Source of the DNA: an uncultured Gammaproteobacteria bacterium
GTDB lineage: Bacteria; Patescibacteriota; Patescibacteriia; CAZGFX01
Length of the DNA: 64,000 bases
Direction of reading: 5' to 3'
NCBI GenBank assembly: GCA_964524845.1
Contig: CAZGFX010000001.1
Coordinates: forward strand, 75,823 to 139,822
Part shown: positions 18,896 to 28,308 of the stretch, in pieces
Layout: each line of letters opens with the position of its first letter
Numbering within the stretch: the stretch's first letter is position 1
The notes under the pieces: generated by a model
What the model was told of the DNA's origin: nothing
What the model saw: only the letters and a program-made list of their open reading frames with translations
Database searches by the model: none
Position numbers and translations under genes: made by a program

Positions 18896-20152
18896 TTATT
18901 CAGAAGGCCAAAAAGAAGATAAAAAAGAAAAATTGCAGTTTTTATTATTATTAGCATACAAACAATCTCGTGTGTGTTTTTTTTCTTTTTTTATTTTAAT
19001 TATAGTATTTCTATAGCGTTTTGGAAAAACCTCGATTTCAATTTTAGGGTCATTTTCTTCTTTTTTTGGTGGCCAAACAAATCTGTAATTAAAAAAATTA
19101 CCACATAAATTATTTTGCGCATATGGACAAGAAAACGATCCGTGTGTATCCAATAACAACCTGGTTGTTATTTCATTAAAATTTAATTTAATAATTTTAA
19201 TAAATTTATTAGATTTTTGATCCCAATAAAGCAAATCAAAAATATGGCCATCTTTTTTCCAATCTCTGTTCAATATATCTGCTCTGATTTCGTTCTCTAA
19301 ATCATAATATTCTTTAAAAAAAATTTTATATGTAACACATTCTTTTCCAGACCAAATTCTATTTATACCATCTTCTCCTAAATTAGTAATAATTATTTTT
19401 TTAAGCGTTATATGATGAGCCATCGAATCAATCCAATTCAATAAATGAATTATCATATCTCCATCGGCTGTGCAAAAGACAATATTAACCTTATGTATTA
19501 AACAAAATAAAATTCCTTCACTCAAAACTTTTATATCATTTAAATAGTTTTTAATATTATTTTTTTTAAAAGCATCGCTCTTTTTTTGATAATATTTAAT
19601 ACCTATATCGTCAACAATTCTTTCAAAATCATTTTTGTTTTCTCCAAAAACATTTTTTGTATTGTTTTTTGATCTGTTAAATTTTTGTGATATTATTCTA
19701 TGGAGAAAATCCTCATCTTCTTTATTGGGATTAGAGTTATGATATTTAAAAGACAAATATCTTTCTTTAAAAAAAGCTGGGCTTGCAATATTTGCCGGAT
19801 TTAACATTGATTGTAGAAAATTAAAGTACGCGGGACATACATTGGGATTTAAAGATCTTATTTGCTCAAAAGATGTTGTCTGATAATTTGTTTTAAAAAA
19901 CTGAACATAATCATTTCTATAAGTATATTTGTTTATCTCGTTCTGAACTATATTAGAAATAATTATTCTCTTGTTTCTAAATCTAGATAATTTCTTCTTT
20001 ATAAACCTCTCCTCTTGGACATAATCTTTCTTCTTTAAAATAAACATATTTGTATCCAAATAATAGAAAGTCTGAATTCTTTTATTCATTAATTTCCAAA
20101 AAAACCTAGGAAATATATTAAAAATATTGTTATTTGGATTTATTTTTTTCAT
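18896..20152 (-). CDS. hypothetical protein (418 aa, N/K/F-rich, Cys-rich C-terminus) in the AT-rich island next to the RM gene
   Basis: Very low GC. N-terminal YYLDTNMFI is reminiscent of a PIN-type start but the remainder does not fit. C-terminal CPYAQNNLCGNFF...CLYANNNKNC cysteines are present. Confidence 0.5.
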   Translation of the reverse strand: MKKINPNNNIFNIFPRFFWKLMNKRIQTFYYLDTNMFILKKKDYVQEERFIKKKLSRFRNKRIIISNIVQNEINKYTYRNDYVQFFKTNYQTTSFEQIRSLNPNVCPAYFNFLQSMLNPANIASPAFFKERYLSFKYHNSNPNKEDEDFLHRIISQKFNRSKNNTKNVFGENKNDFERIVDDIGIKYYQKKSDAFKKNNIKNYLNDIKVLSEGILFCLIHKVNIVFCTADGDMIIHLLNWIDSMAHHITLKKIIITNLGEDGINRIWSGKECVTYKIFFKEYYDLENEIRADILNRDWKKDGHIFDLLYWDQKSNKFIKIIKLNFNEITTRLLLDTHGSFSCPYAQNNLCGNFFNYRFVWPPKKEENDPKIEIEVFPKRYRNTIIKIKKEKKHTRDCLYANNNKNCNFSFLSSFWPSE

Positions 20153-20179
20153 AATAAAATATATACATAATAAATTATA

Positions 20180-20231
20180 TTAAAAGTTCTTATATTAAAT
20201 ATTGTTATTTTTAAAATACAAGAACTTTTAA
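20180..20231. promoter_or_regulatory. perfect 12-bp inverted repeat (TTAAAAGTTCTT ... AAGAACTTTTAA, 28-nt spacer) between the RM gene and the downstream 418-aa gene
   Basis: Read directly from the sequence. Could be a terminator hairpin or an operator. Confidence 0.4.
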
Positions 20232-20359
20232 TATAACCCTATATAACTTAATATACTATCATATTATATCCTTAATAAAGCAAAATCAATAAATAATGCT
20301 TATATCAAATATTATCTTCGGTATCCGATGCACACGGCTTTAATTCGTGATATGTTTTT

Positions 20360-23227
20360 TCATCCCTCTATTATCTTAATTTCTTCTTCTGTGAGTCCAT
20401 ACAATTCATAAACTAGTTTATTTATTTGATTATCAATAATGTCTATTTTTTGCTTATATAATTTTTTATCATTTTCTGAAATAGCTTCGTGGTATTTTTT
20501 CTGTACTTCTAACATTTGATTCACTAACTCAATAATCTTGTCTTCTGTTTTTTTATTGTCAGTTTTAGGAAAAATAAAGTCCTTTATTTTATTTTTATTT
20601 ATATTTAAATACCCTCCCGCCATAGCAGAATATTTATTTATAGCCTTATAAACAAAAGAAAATAGTTTTGAATTCAATAAACCTAATAAAAATTTTAAAT
20701 TATTATTATCATCATTCATTATTATGGTGGTAGATTTTCCAGGAATAATTTCACCACAATCATAAGCGGCCTCAATGTCTTTTACCATTCCTGCTAATAT
20801 TATTTTATGACTAGTTATTGATTTTAATCTTTTTGGAAAATGTTCTTCTATATCAGATTTTAAAATTATTGGTGCAAGATATTGATCCTTTATGTATGTA
20901 GTTGAAAACTTATCCCAAAGAAAAAGGTATCTATCAATTGTTCCAGTATTAACAAATTTGAAAAAACTATCCTGAGAAATATTATTTTCTTTATTTAAAA
21001 TAAATTTTTTTATCTCATAGGCTTCAGATACAGATGCTGAATTTTCAACTATAAACATATCCGATATTTTAATAGATCTATCTTTTATTTTATTAATAAT
21101 ATCTTCTGCAGAATCAAAACTAGACGCCCAATTAACTTCTTCTACTTTTAATTTAAAATTCTTTTTATATTCCAGGTCTACAACACCATTGTCTTGCCCC
21201 ATTTTAATATATAGACTATTTTTATTTTCATTTCTTGTCTTTTTTACGACTATAACAATTGGATAAACATTTACTTTTTTATTATTAGCAAAAAAAACAT
21301 CTACAGACGAATAATCACAAAGACTTTTAATATAATACCGAGAAAAAAACTTTCTCAAATACACCCCATATGGTGCAGATAAAAATTTATTAGGAATAAT
21401 AAATGAAAAAAACCCACTATTATTTAATACGTTGATTCCTTTTTCTGAAAACACACAATACATGTCCCAATTGCCATGAGCAACTTCATAATTTTTAGAA
21501 CAATAATCTCTTGTTTCTTTATTACTTTTAACCATTTCTTCTGAATCTACATATGGAGGATTTCCTATTACAACATCAAATCCACCATTATCAAATATTT
21601 CTTTAAATTCTTTTTGCCAATCAAATGCATTTATTTTCCTTATTTCCTCATCATCTTGAATAAGTTTATTATTATAAAAATCTGGACCAATAAGAGAATT
21701 GCCACATTTTATATTTTTTGAATAATCTGGCAATAGCGTTTCTTGATTATATTTACTCAAAAGTCGTCCTGCGCTTTCTTCCGCCTCACCTTCAATTAAT
21801 TTCAAAGACAAGGATAATTTTGAAACTTCTGTCGCTTGTTCATCAATGTCAACACCATAAATATTATTTATTAAAATTTCTCTTTTTTCTTTTATTGTAA
21901 GTTTATATGTTTCTTCAGATACGAGATAAATTCTATTTTCTTTTATAGCACTTTTTATTGATGCATTGTTTTTTGTATAATAATTTAAATGATATTTTAA
22001 TAAATAATCATAAGCTCCAAGCAAAAAACTTCCGGAACCACACGCTGGATCAATTATTTTTATATCTTTTATTTTTTCAGGAGTTTTGTCTTTTATAATT
22101 TCGCCAACAGTATTTTCTACAATATAATTTACTATATATTGTGGAGTATAATACACGCCACCTGCTTTTTTTACTTCTGGTTTTTCTTCTATTTTTGCTT
22201 GATGAGAGCTTGTAAGTCGTATTATTTTACCCAAAAATTGTTCGTAAATACTTCCTAATATTTCAACTGGTAAAACTGAAAATTCATAAGGACAAATTGG
22301 ATAATATAATGATTTTATAATATCAATAAAAATTTTATCATCGACTATTAAATCTTCTATCCATTTTTCAATTTTGAATAATCCTGAATTATATTTTTTA
22401 TTTGCTTGTACAAAAATTTTATTTAAAATATTATAAATATTCTTTTGACTTAGAAGATTTTGTAGTGTTCCATAATCTTCCATCCCCCTTTCTTCAACTA
22501 TTCTCAAAAATATGATTCTGTCTATTATTTTTGATACAGCATGATTAAGATTAAAAACATCTAAGCTTTGATTTTTAATTGCTATATTTTTTGCGAGTTC
22601 GTTTCTCCAGTTTTCTATTAAAGATAGTATTTCTTTATCTACTTCAGAAGTACCTTTTTTATTTTTATTCTCTTGAATATACTTATCAAAACTTCCTTTT
22701 AGTATTGCTTCTTTTGAAAACGTATCATATATAAAATCAAAATTCTTTTCATATTCATCAAATTTACAATAAAAAATTCTTGCAACAGAAGAATTATCTT
22801 TTATATTTGGTTTTGTTCTTGTATCATAAACGGCAAATTCCTCAAAATCAGTTAAAATTGATAATGGTAATTTTGCAGTATAGGCGTATCTTCTTAATTG
22901 ATATGCTGGACTTATATCATCTTTTAAATTAACACTTGGTTTTTTTGCTTCAACAAAAAATTTTCTCATTCCACCAATACGAAAACTATAATCAGGAGCT
23001 TTTGTTTTACCTTCAATAGAAACCTTGTCTTCTCTTACTACATCCCTATAGTCCTCAGAATAACCGCTCAAGTTTCTTACATCCCAACCCAAAAACTCAA
23101 AAAAAGGATCAATAAAATCAACCCTTGTGTTTGACTCATCATATTGATTGCTCCTATATCTGATGTAATTATTATTAAATAATTCTATTTTTTCTTTTAA
23201 TTTTAGCAGTGTTTGTTTTTTATCCAT
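20360..23227 (-). CDS. Type IIG/IIL restriction-modification enzyme (fused PD-ExK endonuclease, gamma-class N6-adenine methyltransferase and target-recognition domain; MmeI/Eco57I-like)
   Basis: N-terminal D...EAK nuclease motif (APDYSF...FVEAKK). MTase motif I IIDPACGSGSFLLGAY. Motif IV VVIGNPPYV. Long C-terminal TRD. Very low GC. Confidence 0.8.
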   Translation of the reverse strand: MDKKQTLLKLKEKIELFNNNYIRYRSNQYDESNTRVDFIDPFFEFLGWDVRNLSGYSEDYRDVVREDKVSIEGKTKAPDYSFRIGGMRKFFVEAKKPSVNLKDDISPAYQLRRYAYTAKLPLSILTDFEEFAVYDTRTKPNIKDNSSVARIFYCKFDEYEKNFDFIYDTFSKEAILKGSFDKYIQENKNKKGTSEVDKEILSLIENWRNELAKNIAIKNQSLDVFNLNHAVSKIIDRIIFLRIVEERGMEDYGTLQNLLSQKNIYNILNKIFVQANKKYNSGLFKIEKWIEDLIVDDKIFIDIIKSLYYPICPYEFSVLPVEILGSIYEQFLGKIIRLTSSHQAKIEEKPEVKKAGGVYYTPQYIVNYIVENTVGEIIKDKTPEKIKDIKIIDPACGSGSFLLGAYDYLLKYHLNYYTKNNASIKSAIKENRIYLVSEETYKLTIKEKREILINNIYGVDIDEQATEVSKLSLSLKLIEGEAEESAGRLLSKYNQETLLPDYSKNIKCGNSLIGPDFYNNKLIQDDEEIRKINAFDWQKEFKEIFDNGGFDVVIGNPPYVDSEEMVKSNKETRDYCSKNYEVAHGNWDMYCVFSEKGINVLNNSGFFSFIIPNKFLSAPYGVYLRKFFSRYYIKSLCDYSSVDVFFANNKKVNVYPIVIVVKKTRNENKNSLYIKMGQDNGVVDLEYKKNFKLKVEEVNWASSFDSAEDIINKIKDRSIKISDMFIVENSASVSEAYEIKKFILNKENNISQDSFFKFVNTGTIDRYLFLWDKFSTTYIKDQYLAPIILKSDIEEHFPKRLKSITSHKIILAGMVKDIEAAYDCGEIIPGKSTTIIMNDDNNNLKFLLGLLNSKLFSFVYKAINKYSAMAGGYLNINKNKIKDFIFPKTDNKKTEDKIIELVNQMLEVQKKYHEAISENDKKLYKQKIDIIDNQINKLVYELYGLTEEEIKIIEG

Positions 23228-23383
23228 GTCTATATAGTTTAATATCTATAATGTTATAATTATAACACTAATTTATTAAACAAAAAAACACCATTGCAGG
23301 TATTTTCTTGACACACTGAAACGAGATTTCTCAGTAACACTAACATCTCAGCTGATGACAGGTCGCGTCGTTCACGAGTGACG

Positions 23384-23457
23384 TGGCAGGGGCAGTAGGA
23401 ATCGAACCTACATCGAGGGTTTTGGAGACCCTAGTGCTACCATTGCACCATACCCCC
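23384..23457 (-). tRNA. tRNA-Trp (anticodon CCA)
   Basis: Cloverleaf folded by hand. Acceptor GGGGGTA/TGCCCCT. Anticodon loop cuCCAaa. T-loop TTCGATT. CCA encoded. Confidence 0.85.
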
Positions 23458-23540
23458 ACGAGCACGACCAATGGAAAGTATATAACTTTTTCAGAAAAAT
23501 CAAAAACTTACCGCACTCGATAAGTTTTTAAACAAAAAGG

Positions 23541-23696
23541 TTATTTACTTTCTTTATGATTCGTATGTTTTTTGCAGAACTTGCAATGCTTCTTCATCTC
23601 CATACGATCCTTGAAAGTTTTTTTGTTTTTGCGAGTGTGCGCGTTGATTCTTTTGCACTCAGTGCACTCCAACTTAATTAATGAATCTTGTGACAT
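23541..23696 (-). CDS. rpmG: 50S ribosomal protein L33 (bL33, zinc-ribbon type), not in the ORF track
   Basis: 51-aa minus-strand [54 protein letters not shown] aligns with B. subtilis-type L33 (CxxC...CxxC, ...E.KK.C..C..HT.H.E.K). Canonical position between tRNA-Thr and tRNA-Trp. Confidence 0.75.
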   Translation of the reverse strand: MSQDSLIKLECTECKRINAHTRKNKKTFKDRMEMKKHCKFCKKHTNHKESK

Positions 23697-23737
23697 AATT
23701 GTTTATATACGCGTACTTAGGCATATAAAAAAGTAAG

Positions 23738-23814
23738 TGGAGCCATTTGTCGGACTTGAACCGACGACCGACGGTTTACAAAACCGTTGCTCTACCAACT
23801 GAGCTAAAATGGCT
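23738..23814 (-). tRNA. tRNA-Thr (anticodon TGT)
   Basis: Acceptor GCCATTT/AAATGGC. D-arm GCTCAGTTGGTAGAGC. Anticodon loop ttTGTaa. T-arm GTCGG-TTCAAGT-CCGAC. CCA encoded. Confidence 0.85.
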
Positions 23815-24096
23815 TAAAAGTACAGGAAAAGTATATACAAAAATATATAATAAATCAATATGGAAACAGGCTGAAAAACCACTATTTTCACATGACTGAT
23901 TCTTTCTTTATTAAAAAATGGCTTATTTATATCTTTTATTTTCAAAATAATTATTAAAATAAATATAAATAAAAAATACATTGACATTTCTATATTTTTG
24001 CTGTTAAATAATGAGGTCAAAAGGCATTTTGTCAAATTGACAAAAAAGGAAAAACACTAAAAAAACAAACAAAAAACGAAAAAGGAGAAAGCTCTT

Positions 24097-24612
24097 ATGA
24101 CATCCGCGGGCACCGAACTAAGATCCATTAAAAAACAAGACTCACAAACACCAACACCAGCAAAGGAGCTGATCAAATTACAAGAATTTTTTGGCGAAAA
24201 TAACATTTTTTTTGAAGAGTGCGGGGAAAACGACATTCTTATAACAATCACGAACCACAAACCAGAAGAAACACTGTCCTTGATCGTGCCAGAATTACTG
24301 AAAAACAAGTTCTCAGTAATAGTTGTGGACGGCAACCAAAAAGAAAAAGAATGTGTTGTAAGTTGTTTTTCTTCGAAAAAAAGAAATGATTTTGTTGGAT
24401 ACGAAATTTACAATGCAATGGAAACAACAAGATTTTCTCAAGAGTTTCCAAAACAAGAAATTTGTAATTTATCAATTCCAACCGGAAAATCATTCCGTCT
24501 TTTCGCACATAAAGACCCTAATAAATTTTTTGTTTCCGGTACTCTTTGGAGATTGCACGGTAATACCGTCAAGGATCTCGTAACCGGAAAATTGAAAACA
24601 ATTCGTTATTAA
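24097..24612 (+). CDS. hypothetical protein (171 aa)
   Basis: Strong SD AAAGGAG 8 nt upstream of the ATG. No recognisable motif. Lies between tRNA genes on the opposite strand. Confidence 0.45.
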   Translation: MTSAGTELRSIKKQDSQTPTPAKELIKLQEFFGENNIFFEECGENDILITITNHKPEETLSLIVPELLKNKFSVIVVDGNQKEKECVVSCFSSKKRNDFVGYEIYNAMETTRFSQEFPKQEICNLSIPTGKSFRLFAHKDPNKFFVSGTLWRLHGNTVKDLVTGKLKTIRY

Positions 24613-24623
24613 AGATAATTCTA

Positions 24624-24656
24624 AAAGCCGTTCTGATAATACAGAATGGCTTTTTC
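24624..24656 (+). terminator. rho-independent terminator
   Basis: AGCCGTTCTG-ataata-CAGAATGGCT followed by TTTTT. Confidence 0.5.
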
Positions 24657-24917
24657 ATTAAAATAAAACACTTATCATTCAAACCTAGTTTATCAAAATA
24701 AAAAATTTAGTATAATTTTATAAATAAATGGTTCTTTCGCTTTATAAAAAAACGGCCCCACATGCCGTAAATTTGAAAAATATAATTATATATAATCAGA
24801 AATCAGCGCTTTATTTTAAAAAACAAAGGAGTAAAGAATATAAATACTGTGTCATATTCAAAATCTAAAAAGAGAAGAATGGCTCCGCCATGAGTGAGGA
24901 GCGAAGCGACGATCGAA

Positions 24918-25002
24918 TGGTGGGTGGAGAAGGATTCGAACCTTCGAAGGCAATGCCAACAGATTTACAGTCTGTCCCGTTTGACCGCTTCGGTATCCAC
25001 CC
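24918..25002 (-). tRNA. tRNA-Tyr (anticodon GTA), long variable arm
   Basis: Acceptor GGGTGGA/TCCACCC. Anticodon stem-loop ACAGA-CTGTAAA-TCTGT. Type II variable arm. T-arm GAAGG-TTCGAAT-CCTTC. CCA encoded. Confidence 0.85.
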
Positions 25003-25037
25003 GTGTTTTTCATTGTAAAAAAGAGCAATTTTTATCT

Positions 25038-25145
25038 CCGGGTCGCGTGCGTGGAGCCATCGACCGGAATCGAACCGGTGACCTTTTCCTTACCATGGAA
25101 ACGCTCTACCAACTGAGCTACGACGGCACTTCGCACGCGACCCGG
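25038..25145 (-). repeat. perfect 14-bp inverted repeat (CCGGGTCGCGTGCG / CGCACGCGACCCGG) enclosing tRNA-Thr(GGT)
   Basis: The arms at 25038-25051 and 25132-25145 directly flank the tRNA. Likely a precursor-processing stem. Confidence 0.5.
25052..25127 (-). tRNA. tRNA-Thr (anticodon GGT)
   Basis: Acceptor GCCGTCG/CGATGGC. D-arm GCTCAGTTGGTAGAGC. Anticodon loop atGGTaa. T-arm ACCGG-TTCGATT-CCGGT. CCA encoded. Confidence 0.85.
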
Positions 25146-25207
25146 AAAAACACACGACGTAGTGTACAGTTATTTCCTTAACATGTAAAGCGTTTTTTCA
25201 CTTATTT

Positions 25208-26089
25208 TTAAGAGATTGCTTTAATTTTTTCTTTAAATTCAGCGAGCTTACCATTATCCGGGTTAACTTCTTTTAGTGTTTTATATGTTTCTTTTGCACA
25301 CTCTACATCACCAATATCAATAGCTAATGAAAGAAGTGTATCGAGATTTCTAGGATTTGAGGGTTCTAGTGTCACGGCCAATTGAAACTGCTCTTTTGCA
25401 CGAATCGTATCACCAAGTTGTAAAAAAGTCTTACCAAGATCCAAATGATATATCGCCTTCTGATTATCAAGAACAATTGACTGAGTGAAGTCTTTTTCTG
25501 CCTCAGAAAGATCTCCTCTTTCAAGAGCAATCATACCTAGATAATGATAAATTAGGTCATCCTTCTTATCGAGTTTCAGAATATGTTCGTACGTCTCTTT
25601 TGCTTGTTCATACTGTTTTTGTTCGAAATACAAATCTCCGAGAGACTTATATGCTTCAATATTATAATGATCGAGTTGTAAAATCTCGAGATATTTTTTT
25701 TCAGCATCAACAAACTTCCCTCCTTGTACACAATCCTTTGCGTCAAGAAGCAATAGCTTAATCTCAGTATCTTCTTTTTTCTTATCGACTGGTCTAAGTG
25801 ATTTAAGATGCTCTTGATATGATGACTCTAACTCTTTTGATTTGTTTTCTATGGAACGATATAGTGTGTTAAATATTTTTTTAATCGGCTGAAAAACGAA
25901 AACAATAAGACCAAAAAATAAGTTTATTTTTCTAAAAAAACGATCATCAAGCAATTGCGTCTTCGTTCGTTTGTCCTGATATTCTGCTATAGTTTCTGGT
26001 TGTATACACGTAATATCACGATAATGACGAATAATTATATATAAAATTATCGCTATACTTATACCACCAATACTCAATATATAGATCAT
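25208..26089 (-). CDS. membrane-anchored tetratricopeptide-repeat (TPR) protein
   Basis: N-terminal TM helix. Several TPR-like 34-residue units (AYKSLGDLYFEQKQYEQAKETYEHIL, YHYLGMIALERGDLSEAEKDF, etc.). Confidence 0.6.
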   Translation of the reverse strand: MIYILSIGGISIAIILYIIIRHYRDITCIQPETIAEYQDKRTKTQLLDDRFFRKINLFFGLIVFVFQPIKKIFNTLYRSIENKSKELESSYQEHLKSLRPVDKKKEDTEIKLLLLDAKDCVQGGKFVDAEKKYLEILQLDHYNIEAYKSLGDLYFEQKQYEQAKETYEHILKLDKKDDLIYHYLGMIALERGDLSEAEKDFTQSIVLDNQKAIYHLDLGKTFLQLGDTIRAKEQFQLAVTLEPSNPRNLDTLLSLAIDIGDVECAKETYKTLKEVNPDNGKLAEFKEKIKAIS

Positions 26090-26096
26090 AATTGTA

Positions 26097-26831
26097 TTAT
26101 TGTATCATACTCATGATATTTTTTACTTCATCGAAGGATGTACCAGCCTTCCCTATAAGAAGTCCATCAATTTCATCATTACGAATATAATCGCTTGCTA
26201 TAGTTGATGTTATTGAGCCACCATACAACACATAAATATATTTGGTAAATCCCAACTCTTTCATTTTTTCTTTGATATAGACAATGGCTCTCGCAGCTTC
26301 TTCGGCTGGACAATTGCGTCCTGTTCCAATAGACCAGACTGGTTCATATGCAATAATTACTAAACAATTCGGGTCGATTCCAAACATTGCCATCGAAAGC
26401 TGATTGCCTAATACTTCTGTTGTTTTGTTTTCTTTTCTTTCGGCCTCTGTTTCACCAACACACAATATCGGAATCATACCAGCCTCTATGACTCTGCGCA
26501 TTTTTTTAACTATTTTTTCTTCAGTATCCCCTAGTTCTGCTCGTGTTTCACTATGTCCAACAAGAACATGAGTGCATCCTAGTTCTTTTAGATCACGCGC
26601 AGAAGACTGCCCTGTGTGAGCCCCTTCTTCGTGTATAGAAACATACTGTCCGCCAAGCAATATCGCCTCTGGTGGCACTATATATGCATAATGAGCAAGA
26701 GATGGAAATATAATTACCTCAAAGAGTTCCTTTTCTTTATGAGAAACCTCTTCATCAATTTTAGCAGAAAGCTCCTGAACAGCTTTTCCTGTAAGATACA
26801 TCTTCCAATTCAATGCAATAATTTTTTTCAT
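26097..26831 (-). CDS. tpiA: triosephosphate isomerase
   Basis: Active-site motifs VGHSETR-like (LVGHSETR) and IAYEPVWSIGTG. Confidence 0.85.
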   Translation of the reverse strand: MKKIIALNWKMYLTGKAVQELSAKIDEEVSHKEKELFEVIIFPSLAHYAYIVPPEAILLGGQYVSIHEEGAHTGQSSARDLKELGCTHVLVGHSETRAELGDTEEKIVKKMRRVIEAGMIPILCVGETEAERKENKTTEVLGNQLSMAMFGIDPNCLVIIAYEPVWSIGTGRNCPAEEAARAIVYIKEKMKELGFTKYIYVLYGGSITSTIASDYIRNDEIDGLLIGKAGTSFDEVKNIMSMIQ

Positions 26832-26840
26832 GAGTTTGTT

Positions 26841-27338
26841 TTATAATACTATAGCGATAAGCCATGATGCTCCGTATGTCAAAAACACCATAATTATAGC
26901 AGATACAAGTATACCGAGCATACCATATAAAAAAGCGGTCCTCTTTTCAATTCCAAATATCCAAGCAAGTATTGTTCCTGACCATATTCCTGTTCCGGGT
27001 ATAGGAATCGCAACAAAAACGAAAAGTGCCCATTTCCCATATCTTTCAACAAGGTGCTTGTTTTTTTCTCTTAAACGAAGAATATATCGTTCCCATATTT
27101 TGTATAAAAAATGTATTCGGGAAATATGCTTATTTATAATATCAAGAAATTCTAGAAGCAAAAAACAAATGATCGATGTTCCTATAAGCGACCAAAAGAT
27201 AGCTTCTATATATGGCATATTAAACGCTTTCATAGCAAAAGGCACCGATCCACGCACCTCTGTTATCGGAACCATTGATAAAAGAATTGTTAATATCTTT
27301 GAATATATGTTGGTTGTACCAAAAAATTGTTCAATCAT
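26841..27338 (-). CDS. small membrane protein (COG2426 / putative small multidrug-export-like family)
   Basis: Four TM segments. PITEVRGSVPFA and IPIPGTGIWSG motifs resemble the DUF/COG2426 family. Function unknown. Confidence 0.45.
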   Translation of the reverse strand: MIEQFFGTTNIYSKILTILLSMVPITEVRGSVPFAMKAFNMPYIEAIFWSLIGTSIICFLLLEFLDIINKHISRIHFLYKIWERYILRLREKNKHLVERYGKWALFVFVAIPIPGTGIWSGTILAWIFGIEKRTAFLYGMLGILVSAIIMVFLTYGASWLIAIVL

Positions 27339-28281
27339 ATTTCCATGAATATGTTCTAGTTACCCATTCTCCGAGTCCCTTCACTTCCATAAATCTATTC
27401 TCTGTGTCTTTTGCTCCAAGAACAACAATAATGACCCCATCAATCGGATCTTCCGATACTGATAAAGAAGATACGAGACAATACCCCGCTTTTTCGGTGT
27501 GTCCTGTTTTTCCACCAACGACATCCAAAAAAGAAGACAGAAGAAGATTTGTATTATATATTCTTCTTGTCTTTTTATTGTTTTTCGGATCATTAAGAAT
27601 CGTTATAGTATGATCAGATGTAGTCGTCGCTTCTTGAATTTCAGGAATAGAAAATGCCTTCATCGCTAAAAGTGCGACATCTTTCGCGGTTGATATGCTT
27701 TCGTCACTAAGTCCTGCCGGATCGACAAATCTAGTGTTCAACATACCGAAAGATACCGCCTTTTCGTTCATTGTTTGTACAAATTTTTCTTTACTCATGC
27801 CAGATAAACGTATAAGTATGTTTATTGCATTATTATCAGAAGGAAGAAGCGCTAAATAAAAAACATCTTCCACCGTTAACTCTTCTCCTACATAAAAATT
27901 TTTAAATTTATTTTCATCATCCGCCTCATCCTCTTTTGTATATATTGTTTTCATATCAAAAGGAATTTTTGAATCAAGAAAAACAAGAGTTGCCATAAGC
28001 TTGGTGATACTTGCTATTGGTCTTTTTTCATCCGGGTTTTTTGACCACAAAAGAGTCCCTGTTCGCTTATCAACAACGAGCGCGCTTGGTGCCGTAGTCA
28101 AAATTCCGTACGAGTTCCAATCTATTCTACGAGGAAGGTGTTCATGAACAACTTGCGCATGTTCTATTGTTCCTGAAACATCAAAAAAATCGGCGTCAAT
28201 TGAGACGATTCGATCAAATGAATTATTTATATCCGACGGATACAAAATCAGAAATACGTTAATAATAATGGAAAAAAGCAT
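27331..28281 (-). CDS. D-alanyl-D-alanine carboxypeptidase (peptidase S11, DacA-like low-MW PBP)
   Basis: SxxK (ASITKLM), SxN (LPSDNNAIN) and KTG (GKTGHT) motifs in the correct order. N-terminal signal peptide. Confidence 0.75.
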   Translation of the reverse strand: MLFSIIINVFLILYPSDINNSFDRIVSIDADFFDVSGTIEHAQVVHEHLPRRIDWNSYGILTTAPSALVVDKRTGTLLWSKNPDEKRPIASITKLMATLVFLDSKIPFDMKTIYTKEDEADDENKFKNFYVGEELTVEDVFYLALLPSDNNAINILIRLSGMSKEKFVQTMNEKAVSFGMLNTRFVDPAGLSDESISTAKDVALLAMKAFSIPEIQEATTTSDHTITILNDPKNNKKTRRIYNTNLLLSSFLDVVGGKTGHTEKAGYCLVSSLSVSEDPIDGVIIVVLGAKDTENRFMEVKGLGEWVTRTYSWKYD

Positions 28282-28308
28282 ATTACTCGTTTAAATTGGA
28301 GTGAAAAA

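Noticed and set aside
18896-19300. PIN-domain nuclease assignment for the 418-aa island protein
   Set aside because: Only the first motif (YYLDTNMFI) fits. The other acidic residues are not at PIN-like spacing. Left as unknown.
24894-25181. 95-aa plus-strand ORF
   Set aside because: It lies entirely across tRNA-Tyr and tRNA-Thr(GGT) on the opposite strand. It is a GC-rich tRNA-sequence artefact.
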